A DNA stretch of 64,000 nucleotides, taken from NCBI GenBank assembly GCA_019058275.1, contig JAHLVW010000066.1, positions 230,781 through 294,780 on the forward strand. Direction: 5' to 3'. Shown piece by piece: positions 1-9,764 of the stretch (its first letter is position 1; each line of letters starts with the position of its first letter). Both the position numbers and the translations under genes were made by a program. Source of the stretch: Candidatus Heimdallarchaeota archaeon (lineage in GTDB: Archaea > Asgardarchaeota > Heimdallarchaeia > JABLTI01). A model generated the notes under the pieces. That model made no database searches. It worked only from the letters and a program-made list of their open reading frames with translations, and was not told the origin of the DNA.

Positions 1-415
1 CAGTATCAACAATTTCTCTGTTCATGTTAGAAAAAAGAACTGAAAATTGAGGTTCTCTAATAAGAAATTCTCCCAGAAAATAAACCCAAAGACTATGCAA
101 AGTATGGTCCCGATAGAATGAATCAGAAGCAAAAATCAATTCTTCAAATTCTACAAATTCATTAAAATATGAAAACAATAAATCATACCCTTGCTTGTCA
201 GGATCAATGAATACCATAGCGGATTCAAATAGAATCTTCCAAAGTTCCTTAGCAGCATTTATTTTGTCATGAATGTCTTCGCTTTTTTTGAGCTCTCTAA
301 TTATCTTTGTGATACTTTTTTTAGCATCTTCTTTTCCTACAAGAAATTTAATCTGATCTTTCTTTAATAATTTTAAGTAATAATCCATAACAGTATTTTC
401 ACTTACTTGAACCAA
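1..415 (-). CDS. Partial CDS (runs off the window start); possible HD-superfamily metal-dependent phosphohydrolase
   Basis: Manual translation from TTG at 415, with a GAGGGA RBS at 421-426: MVQVSENTVMDYYLKLL...FYRDHTLHSLWVYFLGEFL..., open to base 2. The RDHxxHS motif resembles the first His motif of HD-type domains. Not in the ORF track. Confidence 0.7.
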   Translation of the reverse strand, partial: MVQVSENTVMDYYLKLLKKDQIKFLVGKEDAKKSITKIIRELKKSEDIHDKINAAKELWKILFESAMVFIDPDKQGYDLLFSYFNEFVEFEELIFASDSFYRDHTLHSLWVYFLGEFLIREPQFSVLFSNMNREIVDT

Positions 416-548
416 ATCTATCCCTCTAAATTTAATAGGTATCATTATAAATTTACTTAATCTTAAATTTCTTAATCCTTAAAGTAGATAATATATTTTA
501 TCTAGAAAATACCTCATAAAGTGTAAAATAAGTTAATAAAAGAACAAA

Positions 549-1274
549 ATGGAGAAAAGAAAATTGTCGAAAAACGAAGCTTTGAATATTGTGATTACAG
601 GAGCCTCAAGTGGAATTGGTGAAGCAATTGCCTTAGAAATGGCTAAAGACAAACACCATTTTTTTCTAACTGCTAGAAATCAAGAGCGGTTAAGTAAAGT
701 AGCGGAAAATCTGGATAAAATGGGTTGTCAAGTTCATTATGCAGTGGGTGATGTACGAGATGCAAAAGAAGTAGAGAAGATTCATTCTTATGTAGAAAAA
801 GCATTTGAAGGAAAAGTGGATGTTCTTGTTGCAAATGCAGGTGTAGGATACTTTGGTAATTTGGAAGATCTAACTGTAGAGCAATATGATTTACAATTCA
901 ACACAAATGTCAAAGGCGTTTTTCTTTGGTTGCGAAAGGTTTTACCAAATATGAAAAAACGGAATAAAGGACAAATAATTGTTTTATCATCTAATTTAGG
1001 TTTAAAGACAGATTCAAGAGCAAGTCTATACGCTGGAACAAAACATGCAGTTCAAGCAATGGTGTGGTGCTTACGTGATGAACTAAAAGGTACACATGTA
1101 AAGGCTGCTACTATAAATCCTGGTTCAGTAGATACACCTTGGTTTAATAGTAAGGATGTTGATAGAACAAAAATGCTGTTTGCAGAGGACATAGCTAAAA
1201 CCACAAGGTTAATCATAGAACAATCTGAAACTTCCAATATTGATCATATTCTACTCTTGCCAGGAAAAAGATAA
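549..1274 (+). CDS. Short-chain dehydrogenase/reductase (SDR)
   Basis: TGASSGIG Rossmann motif, NAG, YAGTK (YxxxK), PGSVDT. Confidence 0.95.
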   Translation: MEKRKLSKNEALNIVITGASSGIGEAIALEMAKDKHHFFLTARNQERLSKVAENLDKMGCQVHYAVGDVRDAKEVEKIHSYVEKAFEGKVDVLVANAGVGYFGNLEDLTVEQYDLQFNTNVKGVFLWLRKVLPNMKKRNKGQIIVLSSNLGLKTDSRASLYAGTKHAVQAMVWCLRDELKGTHVKAATINPGSVDTPWFNSKDVDRTKMLFAEDIAKTTRLIIEQSETSNIDHILLLPGKR

Positions 1275-1352
1275 AGAAATGAGCTATTTTTTCTTTTTTT
1301 ACTAATAATTTTTTAATCCAGTACTACTTTACAAGATTTAGCGGTTAAAGCA

Positions 1353-3293
1353 TTGATTAAAAGAAAGACATTTTCAAGTTTATTTATAATAATAATAATT
1401 CTAACCGTTAGTTTTTCTTTAGAAGATATTCAGAGTAAAATACAAGTTAAACCTTATAGAAATACATTTGATAAACAAACAACAAAAGAATGGACTTGTA
1501 TGATCTATTGTTATGCGGATACTCGATTATCATCAATACAAGATCCACAGGATAATAGTTTGAATAAGCTTTTTCTAGTCATGTATGATTCATTGTATGA
1601 TTTACCTTCCCGTTTGCAAGCAGATTCTGAAACTGACATGAACATTATTGTACTATTTGATTATCCTTATACTCAAGCAAACCCATTTGGAGATGCTGAA
1701 ATTTATGAAGTAACATCAAGTGAGGTCAATAAGGTTGCAGATTTGGGTGCAAAAAATATGAGTTCATGGACAGTATTGAGGGATTTCATAAGCTACTGTA
1801 AAACAAATTACCCAGCATACCATTACTCAATAAATTTAGTCGATCATGGACATGGGTACGCAGGCTTCTGTTATGACTACCATGCTTCCCATCCTTATTG
1901 GGATTATGCTCTCGGTGATTGTTTAGAAGTTTCAGAATTAGAACTTGCTTTATCTTTGGAAGGAGGGGTTGATGTACTATTCTTAGATACTTGCTCTGGT
2001 GGTTCCTTTGAAGTTGCTTGGCAATTGTATGAAGAAGTTGATTATATGGTAGCTGGTGAAACAGTTCAAGGTTATGTTGCTTTATGTCATTTTGTTGATA
2101 TATATTCACAGCTAAGCCATGACACAAGTTCTACTCCTATAAAATTAGCTCAAATAGGGTTTAATTCTGCGAAATTTATCAATTATTATTCGCTAGTACT
2201 GGATCCGACTCATAACAATGTTGATTCCTGGGGATCTGTCACGATGTACTCTTTGAATAGATTTGAATCGTTTACAGGCGGTCCCAGTTTTAAACCGTTA
2301 TTTGAAGAGCTTACAACGGAGTTGTCTTATGAATTAATGATAAATAAAACAACCGCTTTTGAATTATTTAGTAATATTAAAGGAAATCTAACAACTTCTG
2401 GATTATCTTCCAATTCACTCATGGTTGATCTTTATAATTTTCTAGAAGTCATAATAGATTTCACTGGGCAATTTAATAACACAATTATTGAAACGAAGGT
2501 TGTTCAAGTGAAAAACCTTCTTGAACCAGGTCCTAGGTATATCATTCATGATAACTGGGTTTATTCTGAAACTGCTTTACCAGACATTCATGGTTTTTCT
2601 ATATGCTTCCCTGATTCCCTTAATTTATATCAAGGATATCTCTATCCTAATTTTTATGAAGATCTTAATATCTCAGCTGATACCTATTGGGATGATTTCA
2701 TTTTCAGTCTCTTCCCTCACAATTATACTAACTTCCTCAATCCTCCCCATCTTGAATTTTATGAATTCTATCTTAACTTGATAGACCCTGTAGTTGCTCT
2801 TCATATCTATATTTATCTTGGAGATGAAATGTACCATGTTGGACTGAAAGATTCGTTAGATTTCGGAATGGGTATTGATATTGGACTAGATAAAGCTCAG
2901 TTTATGGATGACTTACTCTTTGGAAATTCATACGTTAGAATCCCAACAGCAAGTTTTCAATTTGGTGCCAAGAAAAGTTTAGACGAAACTGTTACAATGC
3001 AAGTTGTTATTAATGCAACTGGTTCTCCAACAGCAACTCAATTGGTCAATTTGACAGTAAACCATGTTAAAGATGATAAGGTTGTGTGGCACGCAAACCA
3101 AGTCACTGATTTTGAGGTAGGACAAATCATTGAATGTAATGTTACAACTGATGATGAAATAACTGATTTTGAAAAGACAGATGCATCACCAACTAAGAAA
3201 TTTGAATTCGAACCAGAAATTACCATAATTACTGTTACTACATCAATTGTGCTGTTAATAGTATTAGATAGGAGAAGAAAAAAGATCAATTGA
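1353..3293 (+). CDS. Clostripain-family (C11) cysteine peptidase, secreted and C-terminally membrane-anchored
   Basis: N-terminal signal/TM; EWTCMIYCYAD; DHGHG catalytic His; LFLDTC catalytic Cys; VAGE; C-terminal TM followed by RRRKK. Confidence 0.85.
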   Translation: MIKRKTFSSLFIIIIILTVSFSLEDIQSKIQVKPYRNTFDKQTTKEWTCMIYCYADTRLSSIQDPQDNSLNKLFLVMYDSLYDLPSRLQADSETDMNIIVLFDYPYTQANPFGDAEIYEVTSSEVNKVADLGAKNMSSWTVLRDFISYCKTNYPAYHYSINLVDHGHGYAGFCYDYHASHPYWDYALGDCLEVSELELALSLEGGVDVLFLDTCSGGSFEVAWQLYEEVDYMVAGETVQGYVALCHFVDIYSQLSHDTSSTPIKLAQIGFNSAKFINYYSLVLDPTHNNVDSWGSVTMYSLNRFESFTGGPSFKPLFEELTTELSYELMINKTTAFELFSNIKGNLTTSGLSSNSLMVDLYNFLEVIIDFTGQFNNTIIETKVVQVKNLLEPGPRYIIHDNWVYSETALPDIHGFSICFPDSLNLYQGYLYPNFYEDLNISADTYWDDFIFSLFPHNYTNFLNPPHLEFYEFYLNLIDPVVALHIYIYLGDEMYHVGLKDSLDFGMGIDIGLDKAQFMDDLLFGNSYVRIPTASFQFGAKKSLDETVTMQVVINATGSPTATQLVNLTVNHVKDDKVVWHANQVTDFEVGQIIECNVTTDDEITDFEKTDASPTKKFEFEPEITIITVTTSIVLLIVLDRRRKKIN

Positions 3294-3460
3294 AAGAATG
3301 TGTGAAGTCTGCCATAAATCAAAAAGTCAAGGAACACTATGCTACGTGTTTATATTCAAAACGTTTAATTAGAAAAAACGTTATTTGTTTAAAGGAAAAT
3401 ATCTAAATTTAGATTTGCAAATATTTGAAGGATAAAATTGCTTGGAGCGGGTAATTTATC

Positions 3461-4207
3461 ATGAATAAAAAGAAAAAAACAAGTAAAAAGAAATCTACAA
3501 GTAAGAAAGATACAGCTAAGAAAACAACACCAAGCAAAAAGAAAACAACTGCGAAACCAAAAACAAAATCACATAAAGCAGAAGAACTAGAGGGAGTTGA
3601 TGATTCACTTCTTCTTGATGGAATAACATATATTGAACAAAATAAAATGGAAGCTGCTCTCGAGTGCTTCGAAGATTTTTCAAAGGAATATCCCGGTAGT
3701 CATTTTGGCTGGTACTATCAAGGGTATACAAAAATGCTTCAAGATAAGAAGAAGGATGCTGTGAAAAATTTCAAGAAAGCAACCAAAATAAACAAAGCTT
3801 TCCTTCCAAGTCTCTATTATCAAGGATTAATAGAATTCGAAAACAGTAATTTTGAAAAAGCCTTGTCAATCTTTGACGGTATCATGGAGAATTTTAATAT
3901 TGATGTATTAAAGGAAAGTAATTTTAATATTCCTTATTTCATAGCAATAAGCCATCACTATTTGGGGAATCTACAAAGAGCCGAAGAGTACTTTATGTTT
4001 GCATATAACTTATCACCAGATGATCCTGTAATTTTATATTATAAAGGATTCAATGAATTAGCAATGAGAAATTATAACTATGCTATGGAGACTTTCAAGA
4101 ACTTGTTACATATTGATATAAACAACCTAAACTTCTGGGACTTGATAAAGGGTTATAGCTACTATTATCACCAACATGAGGATAAGAAGAAACAAGAGGA
4201 ACAATAG
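3461..4207 (+). CDS. TPR-repeat protein with a Lys/Thr-rich basic N-terminal tail
   Basis: KKKTSKKKSTSKKDTAKKTTPSKKKTTAK tail, then about 5 TPRs (WYYQG, LYYQG, LYYKG). Confidence 0.85.
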   Translation: MNKKKKTSKKKSTSKKDTAKKTTPSKKKTTAKPKTKSHKAEELEGVDDSLLLDGITYIEQNKMEAALECFEDFSKEYPGSHFGWYYQGYTKMLQDKKKDAVKNFKKATKINKAFLPSLYYQGLIEFENSNFEKALSIFDGIMENFNIDVLKESNFNIPYFIAISHHYLGNLQRAEEYFMFAYNLSPDDPVILYYKGFNELAMRNYNYAMETFKNLLHIDINNLNFWDLIKGYSYYYHQHEDKKKQEEQ

Positions 4208-4268
4208 AAGAAACTACGAAATAGCATATTAATTCTCCTCTTTTATCTTTGAAAAATCCAATGGTGAT

Positions 4269-4727
4269 TTGAATATGGAGATTGAAGAGCTAGAAATTAA
4301 GATAAAGCAATCTGTAAAGAAGCTAATTTTTATTATTGGTGACGATCTGAAAAAGAAGGCAGATTTCTTCAAGGATTTTGCTCAAAAAGAAAATTACTCA
4401 TTTCTAACTTTTCAAGAATTAATGTTCGCATTAACAACAATCGAAGGTGATTTTGCTGATTTTCCTTCAATTAGAGATCAATTAATTGTTTTGATTACTG
4501 CTTTAATAAGTAAAGAAAAAACAAAAGGGGTAATAATCGATCAATTTGATTTTGATATAATAATTAAATTCCAAGTTCAAATTAGACTTCTTCAAGAATT
4601 TAAGAGATATCCAAAAGATCCAACCGCAAAAGGAAAACTAATTTTAATCAATTATGGTAAACCGTTAGAAGACATGTTTGAATCTGAATTTATTAATAGC
4701 TGTTCAGTTATTAGATTGCAAATATAA
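4269..4727 (+). CDS. Hypothetical protein, possibly a degenerate P-loop fold (weak BrxF-like resemblance)
   Basis: KLIFIIGDDLKKKAD at the Walker-A position lacks GKT; GVIIDQFD resembles Walker B. Confidence 0.55.
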   Translation: MNMEIEELEIKIKQSVKKLIFIIGDDLKKKADFFKDFAQKENYSFLTFQELMFALTTIEGDFADFPSIRDQLIVLITALISKEKTKGVIIDQFDFDIIIKFQVQIRLLQEFKRYPKDPTAKGKLILINYGKPLEDMFESEFINSCSVIRLQI

Positions 4728-4761
4728 AAGACATTTATTCAGATTTCAAGGTGGATTTCAT

Positions 4762-6789
4762 TTGTCTAACGTAAAAGAAACTATAACAGACTTCACTACA
4801 GAAGAAAGAATTATTTTAGAATTAATAGGACAGCTATCAAGGAAACATCAAGACAAAATAAGAAACCACTATCTGAAAGAGAAAAAAATCAAGCTTAAAA
4901 AACGAAAACTAAAAGAAAAGTTCCTTAAAAAAAAGAAAGGAAAAAAACTAACTGAAAAGGAAAGAATTAGGTTTCAACTAATACCTGCAGTTCTTTCACA
5001 GGCACTAACCAAAGGTATTCCTATAAGGGAACCCAAAAGAAAGAAAAGTAGTCGTGAAGAATTAAAACCATTACTTTTTGAAGTTGAAGATAAACTGCGT
5101 TCTGATGAAAAGCTGCTAAAAAGAAGCAGCTTTACAAACCTTGATTTGGATTTAACTTTTGATAAGATATATCTGCAACGATTAGATACTAATAATAGTA
5201 AAATTCTGGTTAAACTGTTCGTTGATTGGGGATACTTGAATGAAAATAAACTTCATCTATTTATTGATTCAAATAAGGATGAAATCGCTGATTGTCAGAT
5301 AGTTGTGATTGATAAAAATACAAAATTAGTTGACATATATCCACTAAGACACATTTCAAAATTAATCGTTGATAAAGAAGAATCAGCTAATTCGTTATTT
5401 GTTGGTCAGATAGATGGTCTAGTGCCAGATGAAAAATACAAATATCGCATTGAATGTTATAAAAAATCTGATGGAAAGCTCTTTGCTGGAACCCAATTCA
5501 AAGAATTCCGAACCTCGTTCAATTTAAATGAACAAAATAAACCACTATTTTTCAGTATTAGTTCGGATTTACATAGTGGTCGTAATGGTGGATTTATGAG
5601 AGGAAATGTTAAAAGTTCTAAAATTAGTGGCAATCTTGATTTAAATAGAGTTTTTACAAGCATTGCTAAAACTGAAAATAAAGTCACTTTTGATATGGGA
5701 TATTCATTAGCAATTGCAACAGGTGATTTAACGGAAAACGCATCCTATAGTGAATATTGGGCTGATCTCTTCAAAAGATGTTCCATTTTGTGGGATCATG
5801 TTCCACTTTTAACAAGTATAGGTAACCATGATTACTATTGCGGTGGAAAAGGAAAAGGAAATATGATAGGCGGTTTAGAAGAAGATTGTCGTTATTGGCA
5901 CAAATATATAACAAATCCTGTCTCTAGTTCAGGAAGTTTACTGGGTCATTGGTACTCTTTGGATCAAGGTAATATTCATGCTGTATTTTTAGATAGTAAT
6001 GGAACCGGCTGGGGTAAATACGAAATTGATTGTACAACAGAACAATGGCACTGGTTAGAAAATGACTTGAGGATTTGGCATAAAAGGGTCAATAAAGGTG
6101 AGAAAGTTCCTCAATTCTGTTTTGTTTTCTTACATTCAGCTATTATGAGCTTGGGTTTTTGGGGTCGAGGTTTCAATAGTGGTAATGATGAAAAGGCGCA
6201 ATCATATCTCACACCACTCTTTAGAAAATATGGTGTTGATATGGTATTCTGCGGACATGATCATATATATCAAAGATCAAATTGGATGGGAACACTGTAT
6301 CTAGAAAATGGACGACATGGTGGATCAACAAGACCATACTTTTTCTGGAAAAAAAGGAGAGCAGTATATGATATAGAAAGAATTTGTGAGGATTGGAACA
6401 CAAGAATTTACACAACAATTTATGTTCCTCCAAATGCTAAACACCTAACTAGTAATGATAATATAAAAATGAAAAATTTCAAAGAAAAAGCTAGAGAGGA
6501 ACTATTGTCACAACCACTTGCTAGTAATTTCTTTTTTGGTGTAAGAAGCAGCAATCAAGAAATTGGTAGATTATTTGATGAAAACTCAAAACAGAAAGAG
6601 AAACTTATTGATGAACTTATTTTGACAAAATTAGTTGACCATGTATGGTTAAGAGCATATGCTGTAGAAGAAAACTATAAACCAGAATTTCGAGAAATCA
6701 TCGATTCGATTTTTGTTAAAGCAAAAAACACAACTGAAGTTAATCAAATAAAAAATAAAATTGTTTGTCCTGAGAAAGTTGTTGAATGA
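4762..6789 (+). CDS. Purple-acid-phosphatase-like metallophosphoesterase with FN3-like domain and basic N-terminal extension
   Basis: SDLH, GDL, GNHD, FLH and GHDH calcineurin-like motifs; GLVPDEKYKYRI FN3-like segment. Start moved from 4678 to TTG 4762 (AGGTGG RBS). Confidence 0.85.
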   Translation: MSNVKETITDFTTEERIILELIGQLSRKHQDKIRNHYLKEKKIKLKKRKLKEKFLKKKKGKKLTEKERIRFQLIPAVLSQALTKGIPIREPKRKKSSREELKPLLFEVEDKLRSDEKLLKRSSFTNLDLDLTFDKIYLQRLDTNNSKILVKLFVDWGYLNENKLHLFIDSNKDEIADCQIVVIDKNTKLVDIYPLRHISKLIVDKEESANSLFVGQIDGLVPDEKYKYRIECYKKSDGKLFAGTQFKEFRTSFNLNEQNKPLFFSISSDLHSGRNGGFMRGNVKSSKISGNLDLNRVFTSIAKTENKVTFDMGYSLAIATGDLTENASYSEYWADLFKRCSILWDHVPLLTSIGNHDYYCGGKGKGNMIGGLEEDCRYWHKYITNPVSSSGSLLGHWYSLDQGNIHAVFLDSNGTGWGKYEIDCTTEQWHWLENDLRIWHKRVNKGEKVPQFCFVFLHSAIMSLGFWGRGFNSGNDEKAQSYLTPLFRKYGVDMVFCGHDHIYQRSNWMGTLYLENGRHGGSTRPYFFWKKRRAVYDIERICEDWNTRIYTTIYVPPNAKHLTSNDNIKMKNFKEKAREELLSQPLASNFFFGVRSSNQEIGRLFDENSKQKEKLIDELILTKLVDHVWLRAYAVEENYKPEFREIIDSIFVKAKNTTEVNQIKNKIVCPEKVVE

Positions 6790-6910
6790 AAAATTGAGTT
6801 CTTTTCTAAAAAGCGAAATCATTGACATATAAAAACTAAAATTTACTTTTTAGAGGAAACTTTAAAGCAAGAAAAAACAAATTAGACCACAATTAGTCAT
6901 ACTTTTTTGG

Positions 6911-8200
6911 GTGTGCGATTTGACCGATATTAAGAAGAAATTACTGATATCAGAGGATAGACTAAAAGCTATCAATGATTTTTTGATAAAAGAAGACAAT
7001 CCATTGATAGATGAACTTATTGCCGTCGTAGAGAAACATGGCGGTGTGGATGAAATTAATAAGAAAGCAGCAGAAGCTCGTAATGTTGATAGTTTATTAG
7101 CTCGCTTAGATAAGAAAGAACCAAAATATGTTAAAGATCTTACTTGGTTAGTCGAGCAACGAGATAATGATGCTTTTATCAGTATAGCTGATTATCGTCG
7201 AAAAATTCTTGGAAAAGAAGCAGATAATATTACTTTTGATGAATCATACGCTGTAACACTCGAGATTAGTGCTTGTCAATATTTCCCCTTCTTTGTCGCT
7301 CAAGCTAAACAGGCTGTAAAGAAGCAAGAGCTAATGCCTGCAAGATTCATTCGTGTTAGAAGAATGAAAGAGCAAGAAGAAGATGGAGATTTGCTTGCTA
7401 TGACAGCTGCTATGCTACTAGTTGGTGCATCTTGTGTAGAAACTTTGGATACAAAAGGAACAGCACCTGGACCAGATGGTTTGCCAGTCAATATACATCT
7501 AGGTGGTCCAGCAACCATTACCGGTTATTTCGGTGGTGTTGGTCAACCAAATGATTACGCTCTGAAATGGGTTGATGAATACCTTTACTATTATACAAAA
7601 TATGGCATCCAATCAGCATTGAATATCAATCCTGGAACAGTTATTTTAGGTTATATGCTCTATAAATTAGGAGTTGATATGGTGTATAAAATATCAGTTT
7701 TTGTGGGTAATGATAATCCATACTCTTGTTTTTGGACTCTATTAACTGCTAAGCTATTCAGTAGAGATGATGGTACAAGTCCATTAATTGGGTTTAACTT
7801 ATCTAATGCAGTTAATAATAGAACAATGGAAGTAGCAGCACAATTCCGTAAGGATTTCGGATTTGAAGATGTTGTTCGTTTTGAACATCATATCACAGAA
7901 ACATGGAAGAGTATTGTTCGTCAACCATATGATAGAACTGATGAACTTGTGGAATTAGCTAAAACTGTTAAGAATGTTAGTGCAAAACACGAAGGTGGAA
8001 AGCAAAAAATCGAAGAAACTCGAGAACATCAATCTGATATTTTGGATTATTTCAGAGAAAAAAGTGAGGTTATTGAAGCTGGTGATATGGATAATATGCT
8101 TATTAATTATCTCGATAAACACCATGCATTGAATTTCTCTGCTGATACTTTAACAAAGAATAAAATCTCTGTTTTAGCTGCCACAAATTTGCACAAATAA
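6911..8200 (+). CDS. Uncharacterised soluble 429-aa protein, likely co-transcribed with the dapA-fae fusion
   Basis: Long ORF with enzyme-like motifs (ETLDTKG, HLGGPATITGYFGG, FEHHITE, AKHEGG); 18 bp gap to the next gene; alternative TTG start at 6920. Confidence 0.85.
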   Translation: MCDLTDIKKKLLISEDRLKAINDFLIKEDNPLIDELIAVVEKHGGVDEINKKAAEARNVDSLLARLDKKEPKYVKDLTWLVEQRDNDAFISIADYRRKILGKEADNITFDESYAVTLEISACQYFPFFVAQAKQAVKKQELMPARFIRVRRMKEQEEDGDLLAMTAAMLLVGASCVETLDTKGTAPGPDGLPVNIHLGGPATITGYFGGVGQPNDYALKWVDEYLYYYTKYGIQSALNINPGTVILGYMLYKLGVDMVYKISVFVGNDNPYSCFWTLLTAKLFSRDDGTSPLIGFNLSNAVNNRTMEVAAQFRKDFGFEDVVRFEHHITETWKSIVRQPYDRTDELVELAKTVKNVSAKHEGGKQKIEETREHQSDILDYFREKSEVIEAGDMDNMLINYLDKHHALNFSADTLTKNKISVLAATNLHK

Positions 8201-8218
8201 AATGGGAGAAGATTAATC

Positions 8219-9736
8219 ATGGCAAAGAAATTCAGACCTGGAGGAGTTAGTCCAGCACTAGTTACTCCATTTACAAAAAAAGATGTACTAGATGAAGAAG
8301 CTTATCGAAAATTAATCAGATTTGTTATAGATGATCTCGGTGTCACAGGGATTGTACCTGCTGGTTCAACTGGTGAGTTTTCATCACTATTCTGGGAAGA
8401 GCAACAGAAAGTAATTGAAATTGCTGTAGATGAAGCAAAGGGCAAAGTAGATGTTATGGCCGGCACTGGTACAAGTGGAACAAAAAGAACTATTGAAATG
8501 ACTAAGTATGCTATGGATGTTGGAGCAGACGCAGCATTAGTAGTAACACCTTATTACATGAAACCAACACAAAGAGGTCTATTCAAGCATTATTCAGCTC
8601 TAGCTGATAAAGTTGATTTTCCAATTATGCTTTATCAATTACCAGCATTAACAGATGTTGTTCTACCAAGAATGGTAGTTGAAGATTTAGCAGTAGAGCA
8701 TGAGAATGTAGTAGGTATGAAATGCAGTTGGGGAAATATGGCTTATCTAATGGAAATACTTGAGAGAGTAAAGCCAGTTGCTCCTGACTTCAAAATTCTC
8801 TGTGGCTGGGATGAAATTGTCTTTCCAGCACTAGCAGGAGGAGTTGATGGATGTATCTTAGCTTCAGCTAATTTCATTGGTGATCATTGGCTCAAAATCA
8901 AGAAATTAGTTGATGAAGGAAAGCTTGAAGAAGCTAGAAAAGCTGAGATGGAGATTCATAAACTAACTCGAATTGCTGTTAAAACTGGTGCAGCTGGTAC
9001 AAAAGAAGCCTTAAACATGATGGGTGTAAAAGTAAGAAAACCAAGATTGCCATTAGAAATCGGTGGAAGTATTAGCCATGAACTTCGTTCTGAATTACGG
9101 TTAGAACTCGAGCGAATTGGTAAAATTGAAACTAAACCAATTATTGGTTTACCAAAAGCTCCTGAAAAGATTGAGGAAAGATTCGGACAAGTTGATGTTA
9201 CAGCAGAAACTATCCTACAAAGTAAATTACTAATTGGTGAAGGATTCTTTGGTGGTGATCGTCCAGAAATGGCTCATATAGACCTTTTACTAGGTCCAAA
9301 AGATGGACCTGTAGGAATAGCTTTCGCAAAAGCATTAGCGTTAGTAAAAGACGACCCATCAAAAATCGAAGGTCATGAACCACTTCTAGCACTTTTAGAA
9401 ACAAATGAAGCAGTGAAACCTGAGACACTATTAGTTCCAAAAGTTTTCATTAGAAACTTACGGCAAGCAGCAATGGTGTTTGGTCCAGTGCAAGCTGGTG
9501 TAGCAAAAGCAGTGATCCAATGTGTCAAAGATGGATTTATTCCAGAGAAATATGTTAACAATATGGTTATTATTGCTTCAGTCTTTGTTCATCCAACAGC
9601 AGTATCTAGAAATAGAGTCTATGTTAACAATCGAAAAGCAACTGTTATGGCTATTAGAAATGCTGTTGAAAAGAAACCAGATCTTGACTACTTGTTTCAA
9701 GCACCTGCAAGACATCCTTTAAAGAATGAACCTTAA
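8219..9736 (+). CDS. DapA/NAL-family class I aldolase fused to formaldehyde-activating enzyme (Fae) domain
   Basis: N-terminal part: ALVTPF, GSTGE, TPYY, LYQLP, GMKCS (Schiff-base Lys). C-terminal part: IGEG...EMAHIDLLLGPKDGPVG, KPETLLVPKV, FGPVQAGVAKAV, VFVHP, NRKAT..AI (Fae signatures). Confidence 0.9.
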   Translation: MAKKFRPGGVSPALVTPFTKKDVLDEEAYRKLIRFVIDDLGVTGIVPAGSTGEFSSLFWEEQQKVIEIAVDEAKGKVDVMAGTGTSGTKRTIEMTKYAMDVGADAALVVTPYYMKPTQRGLFKHYSALADKVDFPIMLYQLPALTDVVLPRMVVEDLAVEHENVVGMKCSWGNMAYLMEILERVKPVAPDFKILCGWDEIVFPALAGGVDGCILASANFIGDHWLKIKKLVDEGKLEEARKAEMEIHKLTRIAVKTGAAGTKEALNMMGVKVRKPRLPLEIGGSISHELRSELRLELERIGKIETKPIIGLPKAPEKIEERFGQVDVTAETILQSKLLIGEGFFGGDRPEMAHIDLLLGPKDGPVGIAFAKALALVKDDPSKIEGHEPLLALLETNEAVKPETLLVPKVFIRNLRQAAMVFGPVQAGVAKAVIQCVKDGFIPEKYVNNMVIIASVFVHPTAVSRNRVYVNNRKATVMAIRNAVEKKPDLDYLFQAPARHPLKNEP

Positions 9737-9764
9737 AGTTCATTCTCATTTCTTTATTTTTTCT

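Noticed and set aside
8219-9736. Ordinary dapA of lysine biosynthesis
   Set aside because: It lacks the DHDPS Arg motif, carries an Fae domain, and has no dapB, asd or lysC neighbours, so no gene symbol was assigned.
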